From the NCBI GenBank assembly GCA_963828885.1, contig CAWHGC010000010.1:28915-92914 (forward strand): a DNA stretch of 64,000 nt, given 5' to 3'. The position numbers were made by a program, and so were the translations under genes. Source of the DNA: an uncultured Actinomycetes bacterium (GTDB lineage: Bacteria; Actinomycetota; UBA4738; HRBIN12). Under the pieces are notes generated by a model. That model made no database searches. It saw only the letters and a list, made by a program, of their open reading frames with translations, and was not told the DNA's origin. Below are positions 60,129 through 64,000 of this stretch, one piece after another (the first letter of the stretch is position 1; each line of letters opens with the position of its first letter).

Positions 60129-60872
60129 ATGACGGCATCGCCCCGGTTCGCCACCGCGCTCATCCTGTTCGCCCACCCCGACGACGGGGAGTTCATGTGC
60201 GGCGGCACGGTGGGCCGCTGGGCCCGCGAGGGCACGCAGGTCCACTACGTGATCGTCACCGACGGCTCGGCCGGGTCGAACGAGCCCGGCGTCACGCGCG
60301 AGCAGATGCGGCCGATCCGCGAGCGCGAACAGCGCGCGGCCGCCGAGGTCCTGGGCGTCTCGAGCGTCACCTTCCTGGGCGAGGTCGACGGCGAGCTCGA
60401 GGTCACCCTCGACACGCGGCGCAAGGTCTGCCGCGAGGTCCGCCGCCTGCGGCCCGACGTGATCGTGGCGCCCGACCCGCAGCGCCTGTGGTCGGGCACC
60501 GGCTACATCAACCACTCCGACCACAAGGCCGCCGGGGCCCTCGCGCTGTCGGCCGTGATGCCGGACTCGCCGACCCGCCTGATGTTCCCCGAGCTGCTCG
60601 ACGAGGGCCTGGAGCCCTTCGAGGTGCCGGCCCTTTGGCTCGTCACCTTGGAGCCCGATACGTACGTGGACATCACGGAGACGATGGAGTTGAAGATCCA
60701 GGCGCTCGCCAGGCACCAGAGTCAGGGCACGGCGGAGTCCGAGCCCTGGGTCCGCCTGCGCGCGAAGGAGACGGCGGCCGAGGCCGCGAAGGCGGGGGCC
60801 GAGATGGAGTTCGCCGAGTCGTTCCGGGCGTTCAGCTTCACCGACGACGAGTCCCCGCTCGACGAGGAGTAG
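60129..60872 (+). CDS. PIG-L/LmbE-family N-acetylglucosaminyl deacetylase-like protein
   Basis: Intact 247 aa: ...LILFAHPDDGEFMCGGT...VTDGSAG...INHSDHKAAG. TAGCGT -10-like hexamer 6 nt before the ATG. Confidence 0.82.
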   Translation: MTASPRFATALILFAHPDDGEFMCGGTVGRWAREGTQVHYVIVTDGSAGSNEPGVTREQMRPIREREQRAAAEVLGVSSVTFLGEVDGELEVTLDTRRKVCREVRRLRPDVIVAPDPQRLWSGTGYINHSDHKAAGALALSAVMPDSPTRLMFPELLDEGLEPFEVPALWLVTLEPDTYVDITETMELKIQALARHQSQGTAESEPWVRLRAKETAAEAAKAGAEMEFAESFRAFSFTDDESPLDEE

Positions 60873-60884
60873 GCGAGGAGAGAG

Positions 60885-61407
60885 ATGGACGAGGACGCGA
60901 TGGACCCCATCGAACCCGGAGAGCCGATCGACCTCGGCCCGCACGAGCGCGCCGACATCGCGGCCGACCTCGAGGACCTCGGTTCCATGCGCTCGATCTT
61001 CTCCCCGCAGGGCGTGAAGGGCGTCGTCATCGAGTGCGAGGACTGCGGCGCGAACCACTTCTACGAATGGGAGCTGCTGCGCGACAACCTCGACCACATG
61101 CTGAGGACCGGCGAGCCGCGCATGCACGAGCCCGCGTTCCAGGTGAACGAGGACGAGTACGTCGTGTGGGACTACGCGAAGGGATACGTCGACGCGCTCG
61201 CCGACAGCGGCCTCGAGCCCGGGCGGCTGATCGAGGTCACGCAGTGCCCGTGGTGCCAGACGCCGGCGGAGCCGTACTTCCAGTTCTGCCCCCGATGCGG
61301 CCGGTCGCTCGGCGCGGTGCGCGTGTACCAGGAGCTCCTCGAGCGCGGCATCCCCGAGCGCGAGGCCCGCGCCCTGCTCGTGCGCGTCGGGCTACGAGCC
61401 CTTCTAG
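60885..61407 (+). pseudogene. DUF5319-like protein with extra C-terminal zinc-ribbon segment, frame break near 61385-61392
   Basis: ...VKGVVIECEDCGANHFYEWELLRDNLDHMLRTGEPRMHEPAFQVNEDEYVVWDYAKGY...CPWCQTPAEPYFQFCPRCG...ARALLVRVG / YEPF-stop. Confidence 0.65.
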
Positions 61408-61457
61408 CGGTCCCCGCGTGGTTGGTTCGCCGGAGCGAAACGAGTAGCCTCCGCGCG

Positions 61458-62928
61458 ATGCGATCGGCTCGCCTCCGGCACGGACCCCTCCGCTCGGCAC
61501 GCCCGACGGGTCGCCCTGGCCGCCACCCTGCTCCTGGTGGTGGCGGCGATGCTCGGGCCGAGCCCGCGCTCACGGCCGAGGCCGGCACCGATCACGGCCG
61601 GCGCGGCGCCCACGCCGCCGAACATCGTGCTGATCCTCACCGACGATCAACGCTGGGACACGCTGCGCTTCATGCCGCACGTGCGCCAGGACCTGATGTC
61701 GAACGGGATGACCTTCCAGAACGCCTTCGTCTCCAACTCGCTGTGCTGCCCGTCGCGCAGCTCGATCCTCACCGGCAACTACAGCCACACGACCGGCGTG
61801 TACACGAACGTCGCCGCCGACCGGTGGATGGCATGCGTTCCACGACCTGGGCGCGGAGACGTCGACGATCGCCACGTGGCTGCACGACGCGGGCTATCAC
61901 ACGTCGCTCATCGGCAAGTACCTGAACGAGTACGGACCGGACAACCCGTTCGTCCCGCCGGGATGGGATCACTGGGTGGCCTTCGAGGAGCGAGAGCGCG
62001 TACTACGACTACACGCTGAACGTCGACGGCTCGTTCGTGTCCCTACGGGCACGCGGCGGCCGACTACTCGACCGACGTCCTGGCCGATTACGCGGTGCAG
62101 CGACATCGAGCAGACTCCCCACGACCAGCCGCTGTTCCTGTATCTGGCGCCGACCGCTCCTCACGGTCCGGAGCACGCCGGCTCCGCGCGACATCGGCAC
62201 CGTGCTCGGTGGCAAGACCGCACTGGCCCCCGAACTTCAACGAGCGCGACGTGCGGCGACAAGCCCCGGTACCTGCGCGCCCTGCCGCTTCGTCGACGAG
62301 CGGAAGCATGTCCGGACGGTACGTGAGGATGGTGGAGACCCTCCGCGCGGTGGACGACGCGGTGCACGACGTGGTCGTCGCGCTCCGCTCGACCGGCAGG
62401 CTGGACAACACGCTGATCATGTTCGCGTCCGACAACGGGATCGCGTTCGGCGAGCATCGCTGGACGTACAAGCTGGTCCCGTATGAGGAGTCGATCCGGA
62501 TCCCGCTCGTGATCCGCTGGGACGGCGTCGTGCCGCCCGGCTCGATCGACCGCCACCTGGTCGCGAACATCGATGTGGCGCCGACCTTCGCGGAGGCGGC
62601 CGGCGTCGTCCCACCCCCGGTCGAGGGCCGCTCCCTGGTCCCGCTCCTGCGGGGCGACGACGTCTCGTGGAGGCAGTTGTTCCTCCTGGAGCACCTCAGG
62701 TACTCCGCGACCCACCGCAACACTCCGCCGACCTACTGCGGCGTCCGCAGTCAGCACCGCGTCTTCGTCCACTACGCCTCGGGCTTCGAGGAGTACTACG
62801 ACCTGCGTTCGGATCCCTACGAGCTCCACAACGCGATCGAAGAGCCGTCGAGCGGGTGGATCACGCGGTTGCGCAACGCCACCCGGCGTCTGTGCCAGCC
62901 ACGTCCACCCGGCATGCCGCCCTTCTGA
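61458..62928 (+). pseudogene. Sulfatase (formylglycine-dependent, CxPxR), at least 6 frame breaks
   Basis: PNIVLILTDDQRWD...SNSLCCPSRSSILTGNY / FHDLGAETSTIATWLHDAGYHTSLIGKY / PLFLYLAPTAPHGP / ...IMFASDNGIAFGEHRW...YYDLRSDPYELHN, from three frames. Confidence 0.82.
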
Positions 62929-62935
62929 GCCGCCC

Positions 62936-64000
62936 TCACGCCGTGCGGCTGCCGGCGACCGGCTCCAGCACGCACTCGTCGGGCGTCTTGTCGGGACGCA
63001 GGCCCTTGAAGCTCGGCGCCCGCATCTTCTTCGTGCTCTTCGTGATCTCGAGGTAGGAGACCTCGCACACCACCTGCGGCTCGACCCACGTGGCGCCCTT
63101 CACGGCGGCGAGCTGCGGGTCGTCGATCGGGGGCGTGTCTCGGACGAGCGGCCGCAGCTGCTCGAGCAGCGCCGTCAGCATGCCGTCGGTGAAGCCGGTG
63201 CCGACCTGGCCGATCCAGACCCAGCGGTCGCCGTCGAGCGCGCCGACCAGCAGGGCGCCGAACGTGCCGGCGCGGCCGCGCTCGCCGGGCGTCCAGCCGA
63301 GGATCACGCAGTCCTGGGTGTTCATGAGCTTGATCTTCCGCCAGTCGGGGGAGCGCCGGCCGGGCAGGTACCGGGAGCCCTTCCGCTTGGCCATCACGCC
63401 CTCGAGCTGGAGCGTCCGCGCCGCCTTCGTGAACTCCACGCCGTCGCCCTCCACGTGCGTCGTGAGCTGGAGGCGGTGGTCGGTCTCCACGATCAGCTCC
63501 AGCAGCTCGCGCCGCTCCTCCAGCCCGAGGCCCGTCGTGTCGCGGCCGTCGAGCCACAGCAGGTCGAACGCGACGAGCGTGACGGGGATCTGCGAGACGA
63601 TGCGCTTGATCTCGCGTTCGTTGCGCAGGTTCATGCGTGACTGGAGGGCCTCGAACGAGTTCTTGCCGTCGGCGTCGAACGCCACGATCTCGCCGTCGAT
63701 GACCGCGTTCACCTGGTCGACGAGCTCGTGGATCATGTGGATCTCCGGGTACTGGGGCGTGGCGTCGCGGCCGGTGCGGCTGCGCAGCACGGTCTCGCCC
63801 GTGGACAGGTAGGCGAGGCAGCGGATCCCGTCGAGCTTGGGCTCGAACCACCAGTCCGGCGAGTCGAAGGCCGCCCACCCGCCCTCCGCCAGCATCGGCT
63901 GGAAGCTCGGCGGATCGGGGATCATCGGCGCGGTCTGGTCGCTGGCGAGGATCGCGAGCCAGTCCGTCCGCGTCTTCACGAAGTGGTACTCGATGCCGGG
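62936..64000 (-). CDS. ligD: ATP-dependent DNA ligase domain (LigD-type); reading frame continues upstream past the window edge
   Basis: ...WWFEPKLDGIRCLAY (KxDG)...IDGEIVAF...EGVMAKR...WRKIKL... The frame is open through 64000 (PGIEYHFVKTRTDW). Confidence 0.85.
   Translation of the reverse strand, partial: PGIEYHFVKTRTDWLAILASDQTAPMIPDPPSFQPMLAEGGWAAFDSPDWWFEPKLDGIRCLAYLSTGETVLRSRTGRDATPQYPEIHMIHELVDQVNAVIDGEIVAFDADGKNSFEALQSRMNLRNEREIKRIVSQIPVTLVAFDLLWLDGRDTTGLGLEERRELLELIVETDHRLQLTTHVEGDGVEFTKAARTLQLEGVMAKRKGSRYLPGRRSPDWRKIKLMNTQDCVILGWTPGERGRAGTFGALLVGALDGDRWVWIGQVGTGFTDGMLTALLEQLRPLVRDTPPIDDPQLAAVKGATWVEPQVVCEVSYLEITKSTKKMRAPSFKGLRPDKTPDECVLEPVAGSRTA

Noticed and set aside
1-64000. Dozens of long ORFs in the track with Arg/Pro/Ala/Gly-dominated translations. 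Examples: 286..1926 (its tail), 462..1883, 6081..8549, 12334..13941, 15614..17047, 19249..20265, 22121..23401, 26806..29373, 35078..35896, 45464..47608, 51750..53372.
   Set aside because: They are antisense or out-of-frame shadows of recognisable genes. Stop codons are rare at about 70% GC, and the composition is not protein-like.
1-64000. Search for tRNA, rRNA, CRISPR, toxin-antitoxin pairs and known defence genes.
   Set aside because: None recognised by eye in any intergenic region. Absence is not proof without tRNAscan, Infernal or defence-finder runs.

Overview
High-GC (roughly 70% by eye) actinobacterial-type chromosomal segment with about 75 genes. I recognised no rRNA, tRNA, CRISPR array, transposase or integrase.

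Layout:
- (i) 1-11.5 kb, minus strand: a long glycerol/dihydroxyacetone operon, glpF-dhaK-dhaL-glpK-(His/Glu-rich miniprotein)-glpA-(sdhB/C/D-like)-dhaM::HPr::EI, then pgsA, an SDR epimerase and glpX.
- (ii) 11.7-14.2 kb: divergent dhaL2-iclR-eamA.
- (iii) 14.2-20.7 kb: patchy lower-GC stretch. It holds three paralogous ~80-aa 'MPW' miniproteins, a decayed secreted beta-helix protein, a small HTH protein with a leaderless-type promoter, a PHP phosphoesterase and an FMN alpha-hydroxyacid oxidase.
- (iv) 20.7-23.9 kb: AKR, DinB, TrmH and HAD genes.
- (v) 23.8-29.6 kb: redox cluster ndh / small anchored protein-apbE-FRD(MsrQ-like)-nuoF-like-ferredoxin.
- (vi) 29.6-41.5 kb: pmbA/tldD, amidohydrolase, marR-ankyrin, C45 peptidase, bactofilin-like membrane protein, HAD, aminotransferase, rmuC, GH114.
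- (vii) 41.6-49.0 kb: argCJBDRGH, with no argF.
- (viii) 49-56.6 kb: membrane proteins, a glycogen-debranching-type enzyme, and a 27-bp-repeat protein-RDD-K+ channel trio.
- (ix) 56.6-64 kb: GNAT, P450, LmbE-like, DUF5319-like, sulfatase, LigD (runs off the edge).

Global property: roughly 60-70 single-base frame breaks, about one per kb. I saw essentially no in-frame stops. There is also one 107-bp tandem duplication inside dhaM whose copies differ almost only synonymously. Genes needing frame corrections are listed as pseudogene, but this probably reflects consensus or assembly errors.

Most interesting candidates:
- the GlpA core plus complex-II-like FeS and membrane-anchor module;
- the ApbE/FRD/NuoF-like/ferredoxin cluster next to Ndh-2;
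- the unrecognised MPW miniprotein family;
- the His/Glu-rich repeat miniprotein inside the glycerol operon.
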